Below are positions 21,265 through 34,300 of a DNA stretch of 64,000 bases, piece after piece (position 1 is the stretch's first letter; the number at the start of each line of letters is the position of its first letter). The translations under genes were made by a program, and so were the position numbers. Under the pieces are notes generated by a model. It did no database searches, was not told the origin of the DNA, and worked only from the letters and a program-made list of their open reading frames with translations. Source of the DNA: Patiria miniata (Eukaryota); the NCBI RefSeq assembly GCF_015706575.1, contig NW_024037076.1, forward strand, positions 22,733,286-22,797,285, in the 5' to 3' direction.

Positions 21265-22343
21265 GCTGTGTAACAAACGACAAACAGGACAACGTTTGGT
21301 GTAGGTAATCTAGCTTTACTTCATTGAAACACTTTGAAGAAAAAGTTTGTACATGCAGATGTCAGGTGGTGAATTAAAATTTGCTCATCAAACATTTTCT
21401 GGACATTACCACATTTGTTCCTGCAAATATGGGCTTACAATTTTTTTAAGGTTTTTTTGTTCACAGGAAATGCATTATTAGGCAGTGCAGAATTTCACAC
21501 CCTGCATGTCACACTCTCACAGGTCAAATTTGATTGAGCTAGTTCATTTTGGTCTAACTTCAACCCTCTGAGAGATTGGTAGGGTATACCTAGATATGGA
21601 TATTTTGATATCGGATGGGAGCTTGAATTCTACTCAGTTCCTATTCATCACAAATGAAATCATTCTTCTACAACTAATGACATGATTTTCTAATTCACAA
21701 CAAAGATTGACATAAAATTTAAAAGATGGTTGTTTAAGGGCAGAATTTTTTTTAAATCTTTGTGGAAAACAGGTCAGATTTGTGATAAATGTAGGAGTCA
21801 CTGGAAACAGCTTTGAGGTTGAACTGAAGGATTTATAGAAAGGACATGGACCAATATAAAACAGCATTTATACTGCAACAAATCATTTCAATTGCTAAAC
21901 GATTACCCTTTCAGCTCGTGTGCATGACAGATCTGATGTCCATAATGGATTAATCCCTTTCCATTTTAAGTGATTAATTCTGTTTTGGCCAAAACTGGAC
22001 AAGCAATTTCCATAATAGGTAAAAGGTTCATATTTCATATACTGTATTCTATCAAAACAAATGGTGAAATATTGTCTATGCAAATTTTCAAGGGATAACA
22101 AAAACAGAAGATTGTATGTTTTTCTAAAAAAAAAAAAGTACAGTGAATGAAATTATACTGTACAATTCCTAAATATTTCACTTTCATTTCTGATAAAAAA
22201 AAGAAAATTCTACCAACGCTATTTTTGCAGGTAACTTCCTAATTCTGTCAAAATTCACTAATTTGATACACATTTCAAGTGCAACTTTTATAAATAATTC
22301 AAGTTTCTCTTAACAAAATCAAGCAGAGCTAAAACTAATATCC

Positions 22344-22453
22344 CAGAAATTTGTCAGAATATAAAATGAAGGGCTGGAGTCTTCAGCACTGGAAAGATTA
22401 ACAGCCATCTTAAAGGGGAAATTCCCCTGACAATCCTTTTTCATCATATTCTG
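22344..22453 (-). ncRNA. Candidate intronic box C/D snoRNA within a TIA1-like intron. Box C is ATGATGA (plus strand 22441-22447), box D is CTGA (plus strand 22354-22357), and a 5-bp terminal stem cagaa/ttctg gives a length of about 110 nt.
   Basis: The minus strand reads cttCAGAAtATGATGAaaaagg......tattCTGAcaaaTTCTGgg, and internal ctga motifs could serve as a D' box. The assignment is speculative: no rRNA complementarity could be checked. Confidence 0.2.
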
Positions 22454-25182
22454 AAGACACCCAGTCTCCACACATGTGTTATGTGACGCAGGTGCAAGCG
22501 TTGCTCGGCGGAGCTCACAAACACGTCGCTTGTATTTGCACTAACACCCTACTAGGCTTGTCAGCTGTCAGTACACGTAAGAGCCAATGACAGAGCACGA
22601 AAGGACCCTCCCCCAACTCAATGCTCTCAAGAGGGGACTTATGAAAACAGGTAAAAGGATATCTAATCTAGGAATACACCATGTAAAGTGGTAAAAAGAT
22701 CAGGGATCAAGTACTGAAATTGAGAGGATCAGGCAGATAGAAAGTCAGGATTCAATCAAAATATTTTCATATTTCTTTCAAATTCACTTGAAAAATGAAC
22801 AAATGATGCACAAAATTATCTTTCAATGAGTGAACAATTATTCACTTTTCCTTTATTTTGGAGGTAAGAGCATATGTTTTCCATTCTCCCTGAGCCTTAT
22901 TTATGTGGAATAAAAGAAAAAGCAATTTATATTATGCAGTTACGCTGACTCACTGCAATTTGATTAAGACAACCACAATTTTTATGTCATTTATAATCCA
23001 TTTAAATGATGTATGAAGTAATAAGTATTAAATTTAAATGGGCTTCTTAGAAAATAAAGTGAGTTCAACTTTTCGTCAATATTTCACTAAACATTGACAG
23101 TAAATTCAAACAAAGAATGATAAATTAATGAAGGGAAAGCCAAGTCTTGAATACGAAATGAAATAAGAGAAACACAAAATGAATGAATGCGATTATGAAA
23201 TGGCTTGCAAGAACAAATGCGCAATAAAAGAAACCTATAAAAATGAAAAATCAAAGTTTGGAAAATCTTTCAAATATGACGAACTGTCAGAAATGTTTTA
23301 AAACAAATGAAGAAAAAAAAAGTAACAATTTTAAACTATTTGAAAATACGTTTTTGGGGGGTTTTTTGGAACATTTCTCCAAACTGAGGGATTAAGAACA
23401 AACTTGAGAGATATTGGATTTTGAAAAACAAATTACTTAAAATCAAAAATCTTACCAAATATGTTAAATAAATAAAAGATATTTAAGACTAAAAAGACAC
23501 ATAAATGCTAAAAAAAAAAAAAAATTGTAAATGCGAAGGAATCAAATAAAAAGTAAAAATGAAAAAAAATTCAAGAAATTTATATAATGATGGGTTGCTT
23601 TTCACATTAAATTTCTGTATGTCATGTCTAAGAAAAAGGCAACATCTGGAAAACTAATTATAGCCAATAATTGAAAGCAACATGCTCCCTCCCAGAAACA
23701 AGACTACACAAGCACACGTGTTAGACGTCCTACACCATCCTTTGAATTTTCTTCGTGTAGTTCATGTCAGACCACTGCACTTTTTCCTGATTACTTCCCA
23801 TCTCTCCTCCTCTTACTCACGTCAATCACAAATTTCTTGCTTGACTCCACAACACCGAGAGAAGTCGTCATTTGACCAGGCGTGATATTCCAGGCTCTGA
23901 TACCATGAAAGGTAGTCAGCGTTATCGACCAATGAACAACTCGGGATATGCACGGACTACAAATGAACGGATGGATAGGTGTTGCAAGCAAAAGAGACCA
24001 GTCTTATTAAGTTTGATCTTAATAATTGGAGGAAATAGGGATGTGGGGGGGAAAAAGGGGCCGAGAAGTTGCTCTTAAGGAGTCCAGGTCCATTTTTTTT
24101 CACAGACTATCTGAGCATAAGATGTATTTATTTATGATGATGTCCAGAAACTGATGATGAAATAATTTGATTATGACTGATTTTCTACTCTTAAGAAAGC
24201 ACTGTTCTAAAAGCAGCAGCTAGGTAATGTTAAATCTAATGAAATTAACATTTCAAATGCCGATAAAAACGAGCACTGGAAAAATAAAACATCAAATAGA
24301 AAACAAGTGACAAGTTCAAAGTAGGTCAGGTTGAATCTCTGAACCAGAAAGATTTACCCCCAAATATTTGACGGCAACCTGATAAGACTATAGAGTCTAT
24401 GCTTCACATATTTCCCTCCCTATCAACTGGTTATATTCCAAACTCTCCTTGGTCTACTAGTTGGGTTGTATCTCTGTATTCCAGCCAAGGTATGGCTGCT
24501 TGACTGAAGCAATGACCCAAGGGAGGAACGGAACAGCTCGCAACAGTCTTTCACACCTTGCAATCAAATTGCCTTGCCGAGCCTACAATGTGCCAACGGA
24601 ATAACCTGACGCTTCAAGTGTAGAGCACCGCTGAAGGGGGGAAAGGAAAGGGGGGGTAGGGATCGCTTGCAATGATAGGCAACGAATTCAAGAGGGTATA
24701 CGACCATACCGGACATAAACAGCTCAATTCTCAATTTCTCAGTTGTCACTCAGGAAAACCTCCAAGTGGAAAGCAATGATAACAGTTTGTTCCCCAAACC
24801 ATCAGTAGCTATCAAAGCTTTCTATGTAGACATCGCAATATCCGACAAACAACTGGCTAGTCAGGAACAAGACATGGATATTTCAAGCTGCACAAGGCTC
24901 CACGTTGTACATGTAATTCCAGTTTTAATGGAATTAACACCGAATATCAAAAGAACAAATACAGTGATTTGTGGGAAAAGCTGAATGTCTACATGCATAA
25001 TTACCAGTCTGTACACAGGAAAGAAACGATTTTAGAAACACTTCAATTTGCTGCTGTTTCACAAAATAACTCATCTTGTCTGCCACCATGATGTATTCTA
25101 ACCTTAAAAAACTGGTGACAATTTAATTTTGAACTCAAACAGATATATACATGTATTCTTTGCAACCTTTTTTATGTCATAC

Positions 25183-25306
25183 CTGGACATGAGATGAAGG
25201 TTCTGACGGTGTTTCTTTCCCCCACGAACATTTGACTTTATAGTTCCCCACAAGTTGACTGTGTACGCCAACTATTGCCCCAGTTGCTTCTTCATGTGAT
25301 CCAAAC
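25183..25306 (-). CDS. TIA1: TIA1-like exon encoding the end of RRM3: (R)FGSHEEATGAIVGVHSQLVGNYKVKCSWGKETPSEPSSHVQ.
   Basis: The acceptor is gtctttag and the donor is gtatga. The sequence matches human [34 protein letters not shown]. Confidence 0.85.
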
Positions 25307-25881
25307 CTAAAGACAAAATAACAAAATACTTAACATTTTACCAATTATTGGTTAAGGATTCATGATAATTTCTAAAATAGCTTAGTTATGAAAAATTGGA
25401 CTATCATATAAAACTGGAAAAAAAAATATTAAAAACCAAAGGGCAAACTGAATAATTGTTTATAAAATTATGACAAAATTTATTCAGAACGATAGCTGCA
25501 ATACTCCAACATAAATAAGTATTAAATTATAACCCAAACTCAAAAGAGTAAGGAACAGAACTATACAAAAATTATCAGCTTTTTATTTCAAGGATTTTCC
25601 TAAATTCTCGACTGACTTTGAATTTTCACTTAATTCCATCAGGCATATGAACTTTGCAGTCATTTAGGTTACGGTTCATTTGACGACTCGATCATTAAAA
25701 TCTATCGAGCGCTGGCCTGTACTTAATACCTTAGGACTATAATCAATAGGGGTAAATTAGCATGAATGGTGGCTTCATGGCGTATCTCATGCATGTGACT
25801 ATGGATAGTCAATGTTATTAGCTCTCTGTCGGCAGAATGTCAAGCTTTTTCCTCCAGCCTTCTTCCAGTATGTCGACTTAC

Positions 25882-25966
25882 CGAATAAATGCGTAACCTT
25901 TCTCTGGAAATTGCCTTATCTCTTGTATGGTACCGTAGTCCTGAAACCTTTGACGTAGTAACTCCT
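25882..25966 (-). CDS. TIA1: TIA1-like exon encoding the RRM3 RNP1 region: (E)[27 protein letters not shown].
   Basis: The acceptor is caacag and the donor is gtaagt. The sequence matches human [30 protein letters not shown]. Confidence 0.85.
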
Positions 25967-26496
25967 CTGTTGAACACAAAAACAAGACATGAAAGGAGTC
26001 CATCAGATCGCAGTGTCGGCCGAGATTAATCTGGGAAAAATCCTGAAAAAAAACTGCCAGGTTTTGTGGAAGAATTCACAAAAGCAGTTGAATTCAGAAT
26101 GACATCGGCTGGATTTATATCTTGGTTTCTGAGTGCAGGTTATTGGATTATTTTCATCAGGGTCTCTATGATTCAATTATTGATGAAAACTGGACAATAA
26201 AATACTCCACCTTCAAACTCCAAAAGGGTCTGATGATACAGAGAGGTCTTATTTTCTAAAGCCAGACCAAGAATAACCTTCCCCTAAAACATATCTTAAC
26301 TATTCTTAGCTAAAATTTGGACATTAACATTTGTACAAATATATATATTCACAAGACAATACAAATTTAGCTAATTTTTCTGGCTTGTTTGATTGTAATG
26401 GTAATTTTTCTACTATTACAATAATATTAATTTTTTTAATGTATTTACTGTTCTCATGTTTATAACTTCTGAAAAATATGATTCCTAGTAACATAC

Positions 26497-26580
26497 CTGA
26501 CATTCCATTTTGAATACCACCGCAGTATACCGTACAATTGTTGACACTTGCTTGATTATAAACATCCTCGCGTGTCTTCA
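26497..26580 (-). CDS. TIA1: TIA1-like exon encoding the linker and the start of RRM3: (M)[27 protein letters not shown].
   Basis: The acceptor is aattttgcag and the donor is gtatgt. The sequence matches human [26 protein letters not shown]. Confidence 0.85.
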
Positions 26581-27176
26581 CTGCAAAATTAGAAATTTAG
26601 TCATCAACTTACTTAATTAACTGATCAATTTTACAATTGAATACATCATCTCAAGATTAAAGCAATTACATGTGACCCTGAGCACTTAACTTGCAGAAAA
26701 CCTGTTCAGAATTACGATTCAATAAGCTCATGAGATAGAATGGTTCTGTACACCACCATCTCTATCATAGTAAAACAGCAAAACAGAAAGATCTGTAAAT
26801 GATTTGAAGCATGAAATTCGAAGTAAAATGAACAAAGTAAAGTGGCCCCAGCTCAATGCAGCCAAGACATGACTTGACTATTGCTTGCCATATTCTATCT
26901 CAAGTTTCTCAACATATTTTGAGAATGGAAAAATATTCCAAGAATACACCAGAAGATTTTGCGGAGTTTAGGAAAGTAGGGCCCATCCATTACAGATTAG
27001 GAGGTTAATCTGAAATGCAGAGGATTTTGGAGTAATCTGAAAAGTTTCTAGCAAAATTGTCACTGAATAAAACAAGTAATCTACTTTCTTTGGGCTCAAA
27101 AGTATATCAAAATAAAAACCGAATGAGGCAAACTATATGACTCGGTGTAATAAGTACAAGAAGCTTTGTGACTTAC

Positions 27177-27279
27177 TCTCAATTTTCTGCTCTGATGGTT
27201 TACGTGAGGCCCAGTTCGTACGAATGACTTTACCTCCCAATTGCTGACCATGCATTCTCTTCATCGCATTTTTGGCCTC
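27177..27279 (-). CDS. TIA1: TIA1-like exon encoding the end of RRM2: EAKNAMKRMHGQQLGGKVIRTNWASRKPSEQKIE.
   Basis: The acceptor is tttttatcag and the donor is gtaagt. The sequence matches human [30 protein letters not shown]. Confidence 0.85.
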
Positions 27280-28233
27280 CTGATAAAAACAATAGAAAGA
27301 TTTAAGCAATTACAAGTGGTTATTTAATAAATTTACCGTGAGTTTTCAAACATCAACAAAAAGGTAACGTTGACATAATTTTATATCCAATACCAAAAAT
27401 CAGACTTAATCAGCATTGGATATTGCCCTTCACCAATATAATTTCATCAGAGTAAAACCTAAGATATTTTTTTTTTCTTTTGTGAAAAGTTCCGTCCTAG
27501 ATTGGCTCCACCAAGCCATGCACCCATAACATGTCTGTATAGATCGATTTGGTTGAGTGTGTACAGACGTGCCATTATTCCTAACATACATTTTTAATTC
27601 TTGCATGATTAGGGGTACTCAAGTGCTGAATATTCTTGAGGTACATGTATGACTAAGTAAGATGCATTCCAACCCCGTCGATTAAAACAAGACAGAAAAT
27701 GAGAGATGTCTAGCAGGCAAATGCTTTAATATTAACCAGTCATCCAATATTAATGCAAGTCACTTGTTAGGTAAGTACAGAGACATACAAGCAGAGGGTA
27801 GGACACTCAAGTGTTTGAATACTGATATCTCAAGACATTGGGTATTTAGACAAGGAACACAACCACCTGCTGCCAACTACTTTCCTTGAAAACTGGCAAC
27901 AAAAAGTATGACAGACATAAACTCATGAATAAACTTATCAGTTCATTGTATGAAATTTCAACATTAAAACTAAGGTGCTGCTATGTTTGGGACAACAAAG
28001 CCTCTGTTGCCTTAATATAACATTTTAAGAATGATGCCATGACCTCTTTTCCAACCAAGAGGGCCCAAGCTTTAAAATTAGCTCATCTTGCAATAAATGT
28101 AAATTCAAAAACAAATTTTTCGAAATTACGAATGAAAATAATTATGTAATATGATTGTACGTAAATGAGAAATAGGATGCAAGGGTTAGGGTTATTGAGA
28201 ATAGTACTGAAACTAAAACAGAGATTTACTTAC

Positions 28234-28312
28234 CTCTTCTTTTTCAAAAGAAACAAAACCGTATCCTTTTGATCGATTCTCTTTTGTAGGATCTCGCACT
28301 ACACGTGTGTCT
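28234..28312 (-). CDS. TIA1: TIA1-like exon encoding the RRM2 RNP1 region: [26 protein letters not shown].
   Basis: The acceptor is ctttgcag and the donor is gtaagt. The sequence matches human [26 protein letters not shown]. Confidence 0.85.
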
Positions 28313-31300
28313 CTGCAAAGAAATTGAACCGAGAAAATACAAAAATTAAACTTGAGGAACAAATCTTAGTCACAGTGACAAGCTTTCTTTACTTCTCCAC
28401 AAACTAACTGAACGTATTCAGTTTTCATTCCAATCTAAATTTCTCATTTAAAAGCAGGTTGTTACAGTGTAAGCATCATACACCTGTTAAAATATGTGAC
28501 TCTGAAGTATGTAATGTGTTCTAAATTGAAGTAATAGGTAAATCATTACTCCAGAGGAGAGGAGACTTCAACAGTTGTGTCTTGCCATTCCTTGTTTGTT
28601 TTGTCTTCTTGTTTTTATATAAAACAATCTTATTTTTGTACAAAACAAGAACTGAGAGAAAAATAATTGAAGATGTGTAATTCAAAGGAAAAAAAACGTA
28701 GGCTTGAATTCATAAAATGATAGTAATCAATGGGAAGAAAATTCAATATCAGTTGCAATTGTGCAGGGTTGTGCATTTGAAAAGAAAAATGTAACCATAA
28801 ACCTGGCCCCACTCAGGCACCCCACTCAACTGATCTACATGTATTTCAATTCTTGCTAAACTTGATTTAGACCTGCATTCTTTCAACTTGTCTCCCTTTT
28901 ACTTGGTCAAAAGTATCCTCACAAAAAAGTGAGCTTTTAAATTTAGATTAAGCAGCTGTATGTAGAAGTACATCAAAGAATTAGAAAACTCATCATAATT
29001 TATCAAAATGAAATGACGTTTGTGAATTACATGTATAAATTGGAAACATTTCAAAGGAAAAGTGCATAATAAAGAAATGAGGAAACATAGAAAACACCGT
29101 TAATTTCAAATCGAGACAGACTCTTCATTCACTCCAATGTTTGCTAGTGACAGGTAATGAACACCTTCCAATATTTCCCTATTTATTTCATCTTAATTAG
29201 AATTCTCTTTCCACAATCTAATCTTGCATATATCAATACAAGTCTTTCATTTCATATTTTTGCCCAAACCAATCCCGCAACCAGCGGCACTCTTGATCTA
29301 TTGGAAAGTAAGGGATATTATTCCCAGCGATATGCCGTATGGGAAATCGCTCAGTCTTATTACAATCTTTTCTCCATACAGAGAAATTGTCCGTATTCAA
29401 CGACCGGCATGTCCTCTGCCTTACCAACCAACTACTTGATCATTCTGTGTAAATAAGAAACACATCCATCATCTTGACAAGTAGCTTGATAAAAACCACT
29501 TGGACTATGAAGCAGCCCGGAAAAGTGTCCAACACCGTTCTACCTCGCAAACAAGATTTGAAACTGATATGCTTAATTCCATTGAATGTCAATGTTTTCA
29601 ACAGGGAGTGGAAAATTGGATTCTTTACATGTCTTATTTAAAAGAAACCAAGATTACTGGTGATGCAAATTAGTTGATAATTTTTATAGACAATGTTTTA
29701 TCACATGTTTGTTAATTGTAAAATTTGCAGGGCTTCTCACAAAAGTAGAATTATCTTTAACACATAAGACAATTCATCAGTGCTCAGACATATAAGATTT
29801 TTTTCCATTGTCTGAACATGAATCCCCCAGATCAAAATTAGTTTCATGAGAATATCATCAAAAACCATCATTTTGGCATATCCCATTTTTAGGACAAATG
29901 GACAGTCACAAGGGAACATTTCATTTAAACTGATTTCACACTTCCTCCAGTGCTTTCTTCTCGGTGTCTGGCATCATCATACCTCTCTATACAGAGACCT
30001 AAGCAACCGGATTCATCAAATTGTTAAGAAATTAGTGTTAAATGCAGACAAAGCTGTGGAACTGTGAATCAGAGTCAGACTTTGCCTGTAGGTCAGTAGG
30101 AGGACCAAACTCCTTAGCCTACTGTCTACTGCCTCATCCCGCCTCCAGACATACACCCCAAGACCACTTGGAAATTCTCGCTAGCTCATCTCCCCCCCCC
30201 CCCCACCCCCGAGGGAGACGCTGACCTAATGACAAAACTAATCCCATCAGATGACATTGCGATAATAATTCCCCGGTTTCTATCATCATAGCCAGAGGAT
30301 GCAATGGTGAAGCAGGTACACTCCCTGAGATATCCGATTTCACCTTAGCGCCTTGTAATGCTCGGCTCGCTGGCGCGATTCTGATGGTTATCAATGCATC
30401 GCACATAAGCTAAAGAGACAAACCTCAATTAAAATTGGTCAATTTTTAGCGGGATTTTAACGTGCTTGCTCATTCTTTAGGGCAGGAAACAGCACATGAT
30501 TTGATGAATACTGGCTATTCAGAGGCACGTAACACCTCATGGTTTTGCATCTAAGTAACTCTCGCCTTCAATTTCTTCCATCGTTAATTTTCTAGCATCC
30601 TCTATACAAGACCCATTTTTGTCAATTACACAATGTTACCAAAATAAACCCATCAGGAATAGTCTCAACATACTACATTGTAAGAATCCTGCAAACTTCA
30701 TCCTTAACCTTGCATTGTTCTCTTTTGAAATACAAGAATTTACCCCCGTCCTAGATAATCAGACAGCAGACATGCTGAACTACTACTACATTATCCATGG
30801 GATAACTTGGATTTATTAATGGCCTTGACGAGTGTCTCGTTTTTAAGTGTGTCGCTGTCAGTTCAGGAGGATTCTAACAGGAAAGCGTAACAGACACTTG
30901 AGAGAGACGCACCAGACTCAATCTTCTTCCTGCTAGAAGCATCTCTCTCTGTCACTCTGAATATCCATGAACTTTCACTCCTTAGCACTCACAAACTCAA
31001 GCTGAGTAATCCAGGATGCAATCTCCAGTTGCTGTGGTGTTAAATTGCCAAGGTAACACAGGAGAACAAGAAGCTAACCATGCTAGATGCAACTTGTTCA
31101 AATCAGTGTATATTTTCTGAATGAATTAGGTAAGACGTCTTTCTAACAGAGTATAATGCCAAGATGAGTACTCAAGGAAGAAGATTCTTAAGAGGGCATT
31201 CACTGACAATCAGAGGAATTCAAGATAAACAAGAAGCCTTGTATCTCATTATTGTTCACTTTTAATTATTGCAGGAGATTTTCTTGCAATTTACCAACGT

Positions 31301-34300
31301 GTGAACATTATCATAGACTTGTGGTCTGCACCTTTTTTGATTAAAAATCTCAAGCAATAATTGGTGTGTTAGCAACATGAAGGCCACCTTGTACAGGTAT
31401 TATTGGATAGCAGAAGGAACGGGAACGATTATTGCCCATCATTTTTTGGGGGGGGGGGGAGTGGTGGGAAGATTGTTAATTTCTTTCTGAAAGATAAGCA
31501 AATATGGTCAATTGTTTGACAGGAAATATTCCTAAAAGATTGCTAAATTTTAAGAGAATAATATGGCACTGGAGAGAAAAGAAACTACTTTTGAGAAGGT
31601 TTTGCGAGAGGTGGGAGATTTTGGGGCTGTTTCCATCTCCAGTAAAACATTTCTTAACAGAAAAGTTGTAGTGTGGAAGCAAAAAGGAGTCATGTGAGGC
31701 TGAAATGTTGAGCTTCATTAAAAAAAAAACCCAGAATATTACGAATCAAATGTTAAAAACCTATTAAAAAAACAAAACAAAGTTGTGTTGTAAAATAAAT
31801 AAGATGATAATGTATGTCTTTGTAATAAAATAGTGAAAAAACTCCCACTGGAAAATCAATGAAATTTATAAAGAACCAAAAATGAAAGAAAGATAAAAAT
31901 TAATTTAAAATATAACTGAGACAATTAAAAGAATGAAGTTTAAAAAAGTAAGAGATATAATGTGTTTTCAAAATGTATTTTTAAAAATGCAGTAAAAATG
32001 AAAAGAATAAAATGTCATACGTAGCCTGGGTTTCTAGACAACGTGCATTAAATAATGCATTAGGATTGTCCCACTGCACTGAGGAGAACGGGCTCTGAAA
32101 ATTTGGAAAAATCAACAGAAAAATATCACTTTAAGGGTTTTTATCACACGACAAAACAATGAAAGATACATACATGTGCTTGGTTGGACAACAACAATTG
32201 AATTCGAAAATGTCCAAAACCTCAGCTTAGAAATTGTCAAGAACACAAAATCTTCATAAAAAAAATAAAATCTAGGTTCCTAGTTTTTGGAGAGTAATAT
32301 TTGAGAGAAAATGATCTAATAAACAAGGATAAATTTGAAAGTTGAGTTTTGATAACCTTGCAAAATGGGGAAACAAACCAAAAGAAATATTAAGACTGGC
32401 AAATGCATACAAGAAAGAGTGCCTTGGCAGTAAAGATGCAAACAGAATAATTTTGTCAATTATCTAAGCTCTCTTTATCAGTTTGAGACTGTCAATGAAG
32501 CTCAAACCATCCTAGGAAAATTAAACGGATGACTCAAGCCACTAATGTGCTTCTGTGAGAAGGACCATTAGTCCATGAAAATGCATTTACAATGTAAACA
32601 GCCACTGCCAACCATTATTACAATTATGGCATGTTTATTTGCCAAGGGAAAAAGGGAAATTAAACCAAGCATTATTATATCTAGTCTGACTTGGTGAATG
32701 TGGCATCAACCTGTAGCATCTTTCACGAGAAAGGGGTGTGGAAGTGAGAATATAACAGGTGAAAAAGGGTGACATGGCTCCACCTTTCCACTGCTAGATT
32801 TGGTTGTATTCTGAAGGTTAGCGTTCAAGGCAGAACAACAAGCAGCTCAACGAGGAGGACGAGAATTTACAAAAAATAAAACCATAAAATATTCTTTATT
32901 CAAGATCTCTCCCTTCACCAGACACAATCATTTCTAATTTACTCTCCTTGCGTTAATACTTCACCATTAAACCTACATGTAAACCTACCCTATGTAACTC
33001 CCTACATAATCCCTCTTTGGTACATCAGTCTACAGTCCGTACACACATTAAATTTGCATCATTAATAAGTACGGCGCCAGGGCCCAGTCTATAGCCACAA
33101 ACAACCACAAAACGCTGCCTCGCTTTCAAATTTATCATTCTGGCTGGCGCTAACTGTTCAGGCCTCGGCAAAACCAACTGAGTATGAAATTTATATGGGG
33201 CAGTACAAGCATTTCACAGTGTAGGGCATCTACCCTACACATACATATACTATCGATTAGTAACACAAAGCATTGCAAGGTCGCATGTGTAATAATGACA
33301 CGCACATACTGGAATTCAGCTGACGCCTCATGTATTATGATGAATGGATGGCCAAAACACCCATTTATGGATTTTGAAGGGGGTGGTTTTCCCATTGCCT
33401 GCCCAGGAAGCTATGTACATGTACAGATTTGAAAACAATTTCATTTGTTTTGTTTTTCATCTAAATAGTGTCTTTTCCTTTGTAGTTTTTTTTCTGTGAA
33501 CTCTGGATTAAACTATGGACGCAAAATGAATTTTTCACTGATCTATCCATATATCATTGTGACAAGTGTACTCATCCCCATGATGTAGACTGCAGGTCTA
33601 TATCATAACCAAGATCCATTAGTACACCAAGCCTCCACTAATTAAGCTGCTGTCCAAAGCAAATAGACCCTGTAGGAATAGCCAACAATTTACAGTCAGA
33701 TACTCAATGGCCAGTCATCAGCCCGATGCTTGCATTGGCTTACGCAGTAAATGCACCAAAGAAATGTATGCATTTACATACTGTACATTTGTCTTGCACT
33801 TAAAATGAATGACCAGAATAAGCACTCAATGTGTACACATCAAACAATGGAAAGGAAGGTCCTAGTAATTGCACTTTAAACATTTATTTCTTTGCACTAC
33901 CAATTAACTAGATCTGCTGCTTTGCAGCTACTGGAATATTTATCATAATGATAGGAATATTCAACACAAACTCTGAAAGGGCGTCGTAATGAGTCATGGC
34001 TAAGCTAAGTAGAGTGCCTCCCAAGTTTGCTTGAAATACGCATACATTGAAATATCAGTCAGGCATTGAAGAAAAATACTGTGAAATGAAAGCTGCAGAT
34101 GATGTAGGTAAAAATGGTTGGATACAAGACAAGTCAGGTGAAAAGAAAGTATTACACACTACCCTATCAAGACAATTACAACTTGACCAAAGTCAACCCG
34201 GACAAAATTGGAAAATGTCCAACAAATTGGTATTGTACTGCTTATACTATGTAGTACATTTTTGTACAACAATGGTACCTTTATTTAGAAACCCCATCCC

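Noticed and set aside
21077-21292. The Q-rich ORF boundaries taken as exon boundaries.
   Set aside because: The ORF extends 9 codons upstream of the real acceptor (ttgttacacag) and runs into the gtaagg donor, where the TAA stop is intronic. The exon is 21080-21264.
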